Of a stretch of 64,000 nucleotides of DNA, positions 40,111 to 53,089 are shown one piece after another; position 1 is the first letter of the stretch; each line of letters begins with the position of its first letter. Both the position numbers and the translations under genes were made by a program. Origin of the DNA: Haplodiscus bocki (taxonomy: Eukaryota). The notes below the pieces were generated by a model. That model had not been told where the DNA came from. It did not search any database and worked only from the letters and a program-made list of their open reading frames with translations. Location: NCBI GenBank assembly GCA_965655095.1, contig OZ296658.1, positions 11,904,001 to 11,968,000 of the forward strand, in the 5' to 3' direction.

Positions 40111-42399
40111 TGTTGATGATTAAGATGAATGAGTACAAAGATTTTCAATTGAATATGTAAAGGACTAATTGCTAATTGAAGGCAGACGTTTGAAATGTTT
40201 TTCTTTAGATTTAGTTTTAATCGTTTTATCACATACATCACAATAGTAATCTATTTAATGACTCTGAAAAGAGTCAGAGTTTACTTTTTGCACTCTCATT
40301 TGTACAAAAATATTTGAAATGAAAATTGAATTCGAAGAAAATTTTCATGCGAAAACGATCTTGCATAGAAAATACCTTTATAACTTTTAAGTTTCCAATT
40401 TTTATTATTTTTCCTCTATACACCCATTGATATGGTCTTCGAAATAATTTTATGAAGAAACGATCTTGCACAATGAATATTTTTATATTTTTCCAGTTTC
40501 AATTTTTGTAATGTTCTCGTAGACACCTATTGATATGATGTTTGGAATAACTTTGTGCAGAAAACATTTTTTCATTGAAAACATTTTTAAAAACCCCACT
40601 GGTCAACTCTTACTCACTTTTTCAAGCAAATCCGAGTGGGCATTCATGGCAGAGTTTGCCCTCGATCAGGTCAATTTTTTCAAGCCTCGAGATATAGACA
40701 ATTCCTGCTATAGCAATATAGCGGTTGTACGGCAAAAACAGTGGGACGTTGGCTTGTAGTGAACCACAAACACTACGACTATTCAATCAAGCATAGTTTT
40801 AACTCTAGCCGATGTCATCCTACAGTGCCAATCTGCTATAAGAATCAAAATAAAGGGAGAAAAACTAGTTTTTGTACACGAAGTGTACTTTCAGCAAATC
40901 TGGCATTTGTACAACAAAGTTTTGTGGTAGTGGTTGTATTTCAGTCTCGCATAGACGTAAAAATGCACGTGCAAATTCATTTTACCATTGCTCCCACAAA
41001 ATTGTTTTGCATGATTTTTCATGCTTTTATGCTTAGTCAACAATTGTTGTTTTGTGGAGAAAAAACGGGTAAGTCAAATGTTTTACTGATTTTTCTATAA
41101 AAATGCGAGGCGACGCCGAGCAAAGTAATAAGCGAGAAGCGAGGCGGAGTTGAGCCGGTGAAGTGAACAAAGCGAACGAGCGAGCGGTAGTGTGTTGTTT
41201 GTTTTCGGTTACATGACTGGCTGACCGAAGGGAAGTTAGTCGTGTATCCGCAAAACACTTTATTTTTACCGTTCGATAACAAATAATAATTGTCGTTTGG
41301 AATGTTTTCTGATAGATCCAAGCTCAGGTAAAAGACACGTGTGGGAAAAAAAGCCTAAATTGGAGTTTAATTTTAATCATTGTTGACAATCTTCTCTCTT
41401 CGTTTGGGTTTGAAAGTAATTGCCAGAATTCATTTTCGAAAAATCAAAATTATTTCTTCTTGTTCGATCAGTCAGTCATGTATCCGCAATACTCAATATT
41501 ATTAACGGCTCTAATTAAATTTCTGATAATTATGGATGAAGTCTGAAAATTATTTCCGCATCTTGTCCCATAAATATTTGCTATAAAATTTTCCCCAAAA
41601 AATACTTTTAGAGGAAAAGTGTTCAAAAATGAACTATTTATGGCAATTATTTATTTTTCCAATAATTTTGCGGCGTCGCTGATTCTCACTGGTTACATCA
41701 TTGGATGTTAGAGATGGAAGAGGAAATTGTTTTGTTTCACATTTAATCTTCCCAAGTTGCTTCTCAATTGAGTCATGCATGATTGAACAGAGAAGTTGCG
41801 AAATGTGAATGCCATCTAATCCACTTTTAAAATACACTTATTACACTTACACTTTTGAATACTTTTATTTTGCGTAAACAAAACTTAAAAAACTAAGAGC
41901 CTATTGGAGTGTGAGAGTACACTTGCAAACACATTTTGGAGGCACTCAGATAAAATTACACGAAAAATTCAATGTAAATTCTCTGAGGTAAAGTTGTAGT
42001 GCACAAAACTAAAACATTACAATTTTTCACTGATGCAAGGTAAAAATTACAATTACTCAAATGTGACTGATTTGACAAGAATAATGTTTAATCATTTTAG
42101 TCCAATTCATCCACGCCTTTTTGAAGTCATCATGAATCATCCACGAGATTTTGAAAAACGGGGACAAATCATTGTTCAATCCATGGCATTAAGTACTGAG
42201 ATTTAATTAGGTTTCTCCCGACAATTACCTTTTTGTTTGAATTTTCTATTATGCAGCGCACAAGAAAAGCAGTAGTTTGCCTTGAATTATAAATTGTAAC
42301 TGATGGCTAGAAAAAGATTAACTATCTACAAAAGGAAACCTTTGTAATAAGTTTGGACTGAGGTTGCAACTTTAGAAAGGTAGCCGTTCCGTGTTGCCC

Positions 42400-45300
42400 G
42401 CTAAAAGTTATTCCTGGACTCGTTATCTTGCATCATTTAGAAATTAGTTAACCAAAGGTTTGACTCGAGAATTGATATTAACTCCAACCGAATCGACAAA
42501 TTGCGCCCACCCGTCACCTAAAAGTTGCAGGATGATGTAATAATGCCAGCGTCATTGCTGAAAAGGTATGATCAATCCTATTTCAGAACTCCCTGATGAA
42601 ATTTTCGGTCCTTGATCTAAGAAATTGATGACAATCACTCCAGCTCTTTAGACAGGGCACTAACTCAGAAGTTGTTCAGGTGCAAATGTTTTTGCCCGTA
42701 GACTGACCACTCCGATAAATTTTCCCGCGAATCATCATGGAATCTTCTCGCAACATCCTCATGGTTTCTTTTGAAGCCCTTAAATCCATGGCCACTTATA
42801 GCGAACGCCTTTTCTCGAAATCGCTCTTCCCCACCTATTGCTCCTCAGTTGGGAAAGCTACAATGCATGTAATTTTAACGAAGACCAGACGAGAAGCTCA
42901 TTTTTACTGCCTTTCTTTGATCCAAAAAGTTGAACCTTTCCACTTGGCGGTGTTTGGGTGAGCGCTGTGCTTTCACCATGTGTTGTTTTGAGTTTTACCG
43001 AGCAAATTTATCCAGCTTTAGTTTGGATAAATTCTACGAGTTAAGGCTCTTTTCCTGTCCTGAAAAGTTTTTTCTCTAATTCATGGTTCTTGTAGAAGTG
43101 AAATTAGCATAAAAGTTCAACTTGTTTAATCTATTTTGAAAACTAGGCCACGTAGTGAGTAGTAGTAGCGAAGCAACTTGGACGGCATTATTTTGATCGA
43201 TTATGCAAGATGGACTTCTTCTTAGAATTTAATGAACAACATGCATGCTTTGTTTTGTAGTAGAAGTAGCAGTAGTAGCAGTAGTACGAGATTTTCCAAT
43301 AACTATATCCTCCTCGCAAAAACCAGGTATTCGAGTTTGAGCCAATCAACAGTTCCAAAGTCTTTCCGGTTCCTTTATTGGGATATGCACTAGGTGAGGT
43401 CCACTTTCGCTTTTAAGTATAATCACCATGAATTTGAGAACGTCTCTGAACGTGGTTCCCTTTTGAAGTAGATGTGCCAAGTGACGTTTTCGATAATTTC
43501 GCTCATATTCAGAGAAGAGTTAGCTAATTGTGACTCCATAGATCTCTTAATTTTGAACTTTTTTGGCTAAAAGTTATTTGAAACACGTCTCAGTTGTTTC
43601 TCTCAAAAACAGCAAGTTTGATCTCAATTCACTCAATAGATACCCATGTCCAAGTGTCGTAATGTAAATTGGGCTCCACGAATGTTTCATAAAAGGAAAG
43701 TTCCTGAGTTTTTTTCCAAACAAAGTCAAGCGGCAAACTTTCTGAAAGCCAACTGGCGGAGAATATCGCAACAGTCCATGACGCTTTCATCATCAAGCAA
43801 TGCTCCCAGCAGTGTGACTTGAGTAAGATCTTTTCCTTGACAAAAAAGGCTATTCTTGTGTTAGTATCTTCCAACTGTAGGTTAAACTCGGCCAAATTTT
43901 TTTCCACGACCTTTATAAGATGATTTAGGTTCAAATCTTCCGTCACAATGACATCAGTATCGACTGCATACTCAATGTGCTGGGATAGATGGTGTCGGCG
44001 GATGGGATAGCTATGTTTGAGTGGTCTCAACATACTCTCAATTCTTGTTAGAGCTGATTTATCATAGAAACTGGAAAACTTAGGGAGTGACGACTTCTGT
44101 GGTACACCCCTTGTCGCGATGAAACTCGTTCCAACGCTTTTCTTGAATCTCACAGCCAAAGTAGTACTAACAATTAAGGTTTCAACCTTTGCAAGATGAG
44201 CTGCGTTGGATAAAGTGCCCAATTAATCAATTAACAGTTTTCTCTGAGTAGTATCAATAGCTTCAGAAATATCGATAACCATAAAACTAGGGGACCTACA
44301 AAAGTCTCTTTCTATGCAGGCAGCGAAAAGTATTTGATGCATTACAATAACGTCACCGTTCGCTTTGCTTCCTAAAAAAGGAAGGATGCCATCTACTGAT
44401 TGAGTGTTCTAGTGCATCTCACAGATATCATTGACAACAATTTTCATTATACTGGGAGAAGAATAAGAGCATTAGTTCTCAAGGAGAACCCTAATTTTGT
44501 TCAGCTTCTAGATTGGTTCAATGTAGCCATGTGTTAGGTTGATGTCTTGGTTCTTCAGCATCCCTCTAAATGGGTCAGCTATTTTTTCCTCAGGCAATTT
44601 TTTGTCTTTTGAGGTACCTTTATCTGTTCATGAGGCGCGTCTCTTTTTCAGCTCAGCTGAAGCTGCTTCCTTTTTCGCAACAAAATGAACGTTTTTGGTT
44701 TTTAATTTTAAGAGTTGGTCAAATCTTGAAAAACAATAATTAAGGTTCCGTGATCAAAGTCAAGCTAGGCGATTCACCAAATTCTTTTGGTTTTCATGGA
44801 CATCCATGAATCTAAATGAAATCTGGTGCGCACCTTCGTTTTGAAGTTTTTCCTACATCAGACGAATTCACGTTATTTCTGCTAGCCTTATTTCGATTCC
44901 ACACTGGAGGATAGCCATACCTTTTCTCCATGCTATAGCAACCATTAGCTTTCTATCTCTATTTAGACGGATTGCTGGGGAATCAGGGCTGAAGTGCAAT
45001 GGTCAGAACGCTAGGTCGCGACTTGGAGGAATAACGTCGAATATTATCAGCTCTTATCATTTGCTTGAGTTTATAGATAGTGTAGTGGCGTGCTATAATG
45101 CTAAGATGTGATCAGAATGAGCAGATGGAAAAATTTTTCCGGCAGTAGCTTTTGTTCTTGAAAGAGCTTTCATTTGATGGAATCTTGGGCAGACTTGCGG
45201 GAGTCGTTTCTGATTTCGGCCGAAGTCCAACCTTCGCCGAATATAGGTTGTCAAAAGTCAGTGATCCAATTCTATCCGATGATTGATATGACTACAGGCG

Positions 45301-45760
45301 TTAATCATCGAATTTTTCCGACTTTGACGGAAAATTAATAACTTAATATCAATTTGCTTGTTCATCATGATTGCCAATTTTTGATTCAAATTCAGATATG
45401 TGGCTAGCGCGTTGCTTGAAAGTTTTCTTGCTTGGTGAAAAATTTCATCAAAAACTCAAAAGCAATTCCCGTTGCTGTTCGTGATTCCTCTGCTGTGATC
45501 ATCGATGCAGAGGGAATTTCCGAATTTTTCCAAATTTGGCGTTAAAATCCCCAAGTCTGCTTTGATCTTTTCATATGTTGGACGATGTTGTTTAGTGTCT
45601 ATAAGCTTTTCCGGCCACTTCCATTTTTCTTTTAGATGTATCCATTTGGGGGCCATGTATATTAATCAGAGCAAGGTCTGAAACAGTTTTCATTGTTCTG
45701 TATACTTTAAAGACATCCTCCGTGACCTTCGTGGCGTCACTATTGCTTCTTTCTGACGAT
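42400..45760 (-). mobile_element. Decayed Gypsy-type pol relic(s) (RNase H and integrase)
   Basis: HLAKVETL (cf. ADxLSR), FVKEKILLKSH...W...FGKKL (integrase zinc region, cf. GKNLK), and LDQGPKIF (~42610, cf. SDQGPxF). Possibly more than one element. Confidence 0.5.
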
Positions 45761-45842
45761 GATATAAGCAATACTGTCATCGCGGGTCGAAGTTTGAGAT
45801 TCGCGGTTATTTTTCTGAAATCGCCGGTAATTCATTTGACGC

Positions 45843-47564
45843 CATCGTACCGGTTGCATGATGGGCTAAAGGATTCGCGGTTGCGGCTCAAACTAGACAA
45901 CTTACCGTTGCCAGAGGATTCCATCTCTGTTCGATTCGCAAGTAGAGTGCACAGTTTTTCTACTCTCCTAAGTTTTGGATCAGTTGCGTGTGTGATCTTT
46001 TCATCGATCGACTGCAAAGTGAGCTCATCAGAGGGTGTTCTGTCTAAGGCAGGCTCCAATTCCATTTCCTGTCTCAATCTTAGCTCAATATTTTCAGAGG
46101 AACTTTCAAGCCAGTGTTTGCGTGCCGATTTCAGTTTCTTCATTCATCAACTGAGGAAAGATTTGTGGGTATTGAAAATATTGATTTTCAGTGTATGCTG
46201 AGGATTAGTTAAAGTGATCTATTAAATGAACAGAGAGTTTAGGTTTACAAAACCAAGTCAAGACTGGTAGCATCAATGCAAGGCTGGAAGTTCTCTTTTC
46301 TCGAAGTTTTATTCTCAACAGAGTATCACGGTTGTATTTTCACTGATGTATTTTCTCGTTCTGTTTCGGGTAGTCGCGCCTAGTCAGTTGTGTCTCCATT
46401 GCGGTCGCAATTAAAATACGTGACTATCGGGGTGCTTTATATTGGACATCATTCTCACATTTATCCTTACACTAAATCAACTAGCACCGAATATCCACAT
46501 TAATTGACGCATTTCTATATCGCACGTTCTTCTGTAATGAACTTTTCATGGATTTGACCGCACGGGTGATGTGAAGGCAGCCTCGTTATTTACGTACTAT
46601 AAGTAACTCACGACCACAAGCACTTCTTCACGTTGACTGTAAATTTTCAAAATGGCTGAACTGAGCTTATGTGCGGCTCACTTTAATCAATCGTGAATAC
46701 TTAGCACTGACTGACTAAGTGGTTGAAATAACGTGGGTAAAACGTCTAATACATATTAAAGCGCTTCCCGCACGTATTTAAATAGATAGCACTCTGGCGA
46801 CGTCTACTAGAACTTACTCTCAACAGTGCAATGCTGCAGCGCGGCGCGGAATATATAAATACTCAAGAGTGAGGTGTGGTACGGCTCACTTCCGATGATG
46901 AATTTTGACGAAGTTCAATATTTGTTGCGCTGTTTTTTGATGTTCATTATGGATAACTTTAAATGATGATTTTAATCAAAGTTACTACAAACGGAATTTT
47001 TTGGGTGAGGTCTTTGTCGGCTCACTCTTATCAGCAGTTTTCAAAGTCGCAATTACAAATTGCACTGAATTGATGCATATGGCAGCTCACTTTCAAAGCA
47101 TAGACATTATTTGACGAATGCGATGGTGATGTAAGGTAAAGGTCATCAAATTTAAAGGTTTACTTCCAGCGTGGATGTACTGCGGTTTAGAATGACGTGT
47201 ACAGTGACTCATTCCATTTTATAACTTAAAAATAGTTCGATTATAGCTGCAATGAGGTGAGTTGTGCTATACCTCACTTCCGGATGATTGTCAATTTCAT
47301 GGCTAATGTGCGTAGCTTAAACAGCATCAAGTGAAGCGTGTTCAAGATCACATTTTCCACTTTTATGAATAATACATAATCGCGTTCATATCGTTGGGAG
47401 AAGAAGTGATAAGTAATTAGTGCGGTTATATCAATTGCATTTAATGCTGCATATGTTCGTTTGTATTAAGTGTTACTAGATATACGTGGAGGCCTCATAA
47501 TAGGACATAGGCTAATCGCATAGTATATTTAAAAAATTCGTATTTCCTTCATGCGAGCCTGACA
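45843..47564 (-). mobile_element. Probable solo LTR with internal gag 5' ORF
   Basis: The minus strand starts TGTCAGG. TATAAA-like box at ~46436-46442. The open 103-aa ORF 46143-45832 (LTLQSIDEKITHATDPKLRRVEKLCTLL...NRYD) crosses the LTR end. The 3' terminus and TSD are degenerate (GAAAC vs GACGC). Confidence 0.6.
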
Positions 47565-47921
47565 GAAACCGCCGCTAATCTTCTAAGAACCGCCGATGCG
47601 CCGTTGTCGTAGAATTTGTCCTGCGAATTGAGGTTGACCGCCACTTATATCCAACGAAAAGCCGTTATTCCCGCCGATGTTTTACAAAACAAAACCGGTA
47701 TTTTTTCTGATACTCTTGCAGAAAGGCGTACCCGTAATGAGACTCCACTGCAGTTCAGTGAAGGTCATTACATTCTCAGGGAACCATCGATGGCCGTGAC
47801 GATCCCATGGCGCTCGTTTCTGGCCAGCAATTGTTCAACGATGGTCCATGGCTCACATGGAAACATTTCAGAAAAAGTTCGCTCAGGTTGAGAATTGAAT
47901 TGTTCATGTGGTGAATTTCTA

Positions 47922-50130
47922 GGGAGAGTAGTATCTAATGGAAAAAATATAAACGAAACTCGGCAATAATATCTAAAATAAACATAGCTGGAATCATTTT
48001 TTGGGAATAATACCTGAAAATTTGGATATTTTTTCTGTTTTTCGATAATTGTTTCTGAGGATGATATCTTAAATTTTAAATTTCATTCCTGTGGTTTTTT
48101 TTCGGGAGTTTTGGAAAACAATAATGTTATCCAATAGCTGTTGTTGTAAATTTGAGTTTTTCAGGACGTCATGAACTATGAAAAACATTAAGGTTGTCGA
48201 AAAGGCTCCAACCTTTTCTGTTGTGATGAGTATATGTATTCAAAACCCTTGAATACAAAAATAAATTTAACTTGCGGTGTGTTCTTCACAAAAAAGACTG
48301 TTCCGGTGCAGCCTACATTGAATTCGTCGGGACGTTTTTTGATAATCAGAAGCACAATCACCCAAAAAGTATTGCGGAGATCGAAAAATTGAAAATTGAA
48401 GCAAAAATAAAGAACGAGTCTGAAACATCATTTCTTTCGCCGAGTGATAATTGTAACAAAAATTTCAACCTCAAAAATGTTGACATAGGTACTTTTACAA
48501 AAATATCGTCAATCATGAGGAAAAGAAGAAAAAACAATTTCCGACCCTTCCCCCGCAAATTTGGGGAATTTGATAAATTGTTGAAAAACCCTGATTTCGG
48601 GGCAATTGATGGCAATATCTTTTACAGAACATTCGCTTCCGCCAACGACGACTTCGCGTTAATATTTCTGGCCGATATGGATTTATCATTTTTGAATAGA
48701 ATCCACAGTTTTCATGTTGATGCAACTTTTAAAACAGTTCCCGTCGATTTCCACCAGCTACTGATCATTCATTGTCTTGTTTTGGACACAATATTACTAG
48801 TGTTTTATGTCTTCATGTCTGGTAAGACAGGTCTTTAATATGATGTTGTGTTTCTTAATATCATTGGCCCCACAATTCAATCCAGAAACATCTGTTTCCG
48901 ATTTCGAGATTGCCCAATGTTCTTCCATCAAGTTTGTATTTGGTTCCAGTTTGCAAGGCTGTTTGTTCCATTACCGCTAAAGTTTGTATCGAAATTGGCA
49001 GCAGCTTGGGCTCAGTTGTTGGCTGAGTCAAACAGCTGATGGCCTTGCCCTTACTTCAACGAATTTAATCCATTCTGTTTTCCATGAGTTGAGCCCGTCC
49101 GTCTTGGAATTCAATGTTCTTGATGCCATGGCAACGTTTTGTTCATATGTTGAAAAGCAATGGGTTCAAGCAGTGAATCCAAAAATGCTCTATGTTCATG
49201 GTAAATTCCGCAGGATTAATTCCGAAATCGAGGGTTTCCATAGCTCTTTCTGCAAACGAGTTGTTCGGAAACGTCCTAATTTCTAGTTTTTTCTTATTAA
49301 GCTGAAAAGTCTTGGAAAAGCTTATCAATTGGAGGCAAATCATTGGGGGGGGATATTAACAAGAAGATACAAGAGAAAATTGTCTAAAGCTTCTGATATA
49401 CTCATTAGCGAAGCTGAGGAAAAATTGGCAACGGGACGTTACACAGCGCTAGAACTTCTACAAATCGTCTCCCAAGTAACAGAGAAACTTTTCGCAAAAA
49501 TGGCAGTTGAGGAAAAAATCACGAAATTATTGAAAATGACGTGCCCCTTATGACATCCGACGATCCCCTCGAATGCTTCCAAGTCGAATGCTATGAAGAT
49601 GAGACAGACTGTACAAAATGTTGCGCTTGTGAATGGGAAAAAAATTAATTATTGTGCGATACCATGTGAGCATTTCATGTGCACATTCTGTATTGAAGAA
49701 GACGAATGTCTGAAAAGCCACCCAAAAATTGTCTCAAAATTGGCAATTTTTTTGAGCTCTGAGTCAGCATAATTCTGTTTCGCGCTCAATTGATTTTTCG
49801 GAAACCTTCCGTTTTGCTTGAGAGTTTAGACGTATTTTGGTCGATTCTAGCGTTTCAGATCTTATTCTCATAATCTGGACGTTTTTTGGTGATTTCTGAC
49901 GTTTTAGATCTTATTCTCGTCTTTTGGGCTGATTTTGGTCGAGTCTCACGTTTTTTTTATTTTTTAGACTTTTTTCTCGACTTTAGATCTTATTCCCGTT
50001 TTTAGATACTATTCAGTTTTTTTAGATTTTATTCCCGTGCTTGAAACTTTAGATATTCTTTTAGATATTTTTCCCGATAGAATTTTAGATCTTTTTAGAT
50101 TTTTTTCCTTAGATACTGTTCCTGGTCCCC
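47922..50130 (+). mobile_element. Mutator-like (MULE) DNA transposon with decayed transposase, N-terminal FLYWCH-like and C-terminal RING-like domains
   Basis: 9-bp TSD GAATTTCTA (47913-47921) / GAATGTCTA (50131-50139). Termini GGGAGAGTAGTATCTAA...TTAGATACTGTTCCTGGTCCCC. Motifs RC..C...HNH, HVDATFK, SDFE, GCLFH, and INSEIEGFH. Subterminal TAGATCTTATTC repeats. Confidence 0.88.
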
Positions 50131-50139
50131 GAATGTCTA

Positions 50140-51320
50140 AAATAAAGATTTTAAGCCTTTATTATTGTGATAAACTGGAGGGTGAATTTGATCTCAAAAG
50201 TAAGATATAAGGAAAATGATCTAAAATTTTGAACCTCAGTTGCACAGTGGCGAAATAAGATCTAAATTGGAATGAGATGTAATGGAATAAGATCTAAAAT
50301 GCAATAGGATATAGAGTTGAAGAAAATCTAATTTATGCTAAGAAAAATGAATTTGTGTAACTTTCTGTGAAATTTCTTGGTGGGAAGTCCAAATTTTCTG
50401 AGGATAAAAAGCAAATGTATAGGTTGAGTCAATTTTTTCCATGAAAATTTTCGTTATAAAAAAGCAACTCCGATGCCTTCACAAAACTAAGATGCCATCA
50501 ATGGCGAAATGACTATGAAGTCACAGCTTTCATCCAGAACAATCACTTTTATATAAATATTGATAACCAATATGAACCTGAAATGTCCGAAGTCACGAAA
50601 AGTTGATAGTGAAATTAAAAACACTCCAGGTACAATTTGCACACCTCTGAGAACAAATATTTACCGCGGAGTTACTTATTCGCGTCGGTGGGGCCACCGA
50701 GAGGTCTTTCAGAAATATTGAATTGATGGAGTTTGAGGAAGAGGATAACGCTCCCATTGATATAGATGATGACAATTATGACAATACTGATCTATTGTAT
50801 GAAGAAGATGATGAAGAATATTACGATTTGTGCTCAAGCTGTGATGAGAATACTTTTGCCCTCGTCCAACCATGCAGACATATGATTTGTACCAACTGTG
50901 TCAAGAATGATAACTGTCAGTTATGTGGATTTCGAAAATCGAATAAGATAACGATTGATTGAGATGATTTTGAATGATATTTTCATGTCTTCCAGTGCTT
51001 TAATATTGATGGTGCACCAGCTGATTTCTCTCCAACTTGTTTCAATTGCTCAATTTTTGTAATATCTTGATATTTTTGTGTTCAATGCATTCAAAGAAAT
51101 TCATTGGTAGTTGATTTTGGCTATTCTTTCTGTTTCTCTCGAAAAGTAAGGTGTCCTATTGTGGAGCATTTGATACATTAGATCTTATTCCCTCGGATCT
51201 CTTTCCATTAGATCTTATTCTCAGTTTTTTCTTCTAGATCTTAATGCATTAGATATTATTCGAGTTTGCCGATTAGATCTTCCTTGATTGGATTTTATTC
51301 TTGTCTCCTGTGATATACTT
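50140..51320 (+). mobile_element. Second, internally deleted MULE of a related family, with RING finger
   Basis: GAATAAGATCTAA repeats (50140-50330) and inverted TAGATCTTATTC repeats (51175-51320). A FLYWCH-like remnant is followed by an acidic tract and CSSC...PCRHMICTNC...CQLC (50723-50962). Confidence 0.7.
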
Positions 51321-53089
51321 ATTGAATAGATGAATTGCCAGAACTGCTCGATGTATTGAATGTGTGGCTTTCCAGTGACAGTGAACATGATCACGCGCTG
51401 CACGTTTTGCCTTTCTAGTGGTCCAGGGGGGCTCATTGGGGAGGCATTAACCATGCCAGTGGACGAAGAGGAAGAGGCCAACAGGTTGATTGATCAAACT
51501 CTTGATCTACAGAAAACTCAAGTTAATTTGACGTCGCAAATGGATGGTGCATGAAAATTTCTTCTTAGCGGTCTTGTAAAAAATACATTGCTCAAATAGT
51601 TCTAAGAAATGCGATTATCATAAATTCTATGTTTTGTCTATGGTAATGCGCGGCAAAATTGTAAGGCTGTCTGTCTTATGTGAAATTAATTGAACCGATC
51701 CAGGGTTTCCTTTCTGTTTTCATTTCTTCAGATCTGTTGATTTGAATAAAGTTACTGAAAGATGTCTCAACGCTCTTACCCTCAACCTTGACTACATGTG
51801 GGCTTGGTCTTTGCTGTTTCATTTGGGTTTTTGTCCGATTTATGTGCAGTAATCTGTGTCAAGAAGTCGGATCTCAGTCAACAGAAACTGTCAAGTTGAG
51901 GTTTTTTTGTATCTTTCTCGGGGTGACTTTCTATAGTTAATTCAATTTTTGAACACATTTGTAAAAAAACTCTTTTTTAGTTTCTTCGTTTGATTTCGTT
52001 GTTTCCTTGCTACATTTTCCCTCTTAGATTTTGGTAATCCAATCTAAGTGTAGAGGAAAGAAACGAAACATTGAGAAACACCAAATTAGATCCTAGAACA
52101 AGGAAGGGTTTTCTCAAAATTTTCCTAGTTGCAGTCAATTTATTCAAAAGTTTACAGCATGAAGACAAAAGTTTATAGGTTTTTCGTGAAAACAGTGGCA
52201 AAGTCCAGATTGATACAAAAGAAAATCGTTTCCATCCGCTCCAACCGTATTCTTGAGAGTGAAGATTGTTCGACAAATTATTCTCCGTGTTTTCAACTCT
52301 GTTTTGGACTAGCTTGTGGAGGAGGTCCAAAATTGAAGATTGTCGCTGTTAATGTTGATTGACAGCGGCAATTTATTATCGGCGAGTTTGCTAAGACTGT
52401 AGCGATTCGAAGTCCGCCGTTATTTTTCTAAGATATGGGTGGTAATTTATGGGAGGAATTATCCTAAGCAACGGCTGTAATCGCTGTTTTTTTTCCAAGA
52501 AACGCCAATAACCGCTGCTAAATTTCTGAGAAACGCCGGTAACCGCCGTTTTTTCTACGAAATACCAGCAGTTTTGTGATTTTTGACCTCCGATCCGCCA
52601 ATTTCGTAAAAAAATTCCAGCCACGAAGTTGATGGGGGATCCACTTGACATATTTCTGCGATTCCAATAGATTTCTGTACAAGTAACCTTTGGCACAGAT
52701 GTTTTGAGCTCCTCGTGAAAAATAGTCTGCTGTGTTCGTTTTCCGGGAGAATTACTTGATCTGTTTTGGCTTCCTAAATAGCGCACACTTTTGAGACGGC
52801 TGTTTGTCTACATCTTCCATTTTAGGTGTCTGTCCTCGTATAATGCATGTTCTGAAAAAGTTAGCTTTTGCTCTGGTTGGCTTTTGGTCGATTTGGGATT
52901 CGGGAGAGAATCCTGGATAGCCATCACACTGTCCATTCTGTTGCTCCGAATTTTGTGACGCTTTTTAATCCGCAGTTTTTCGGGACATTGAGAATTTTCG
53001 TTAAATTCTAAGTGCTATTGTTTTTTACTACTCTTCATACTTAGCGCTTGATGCCTTGCCCATTTGTTTTTCATGCTTCTTGTCTAGTT

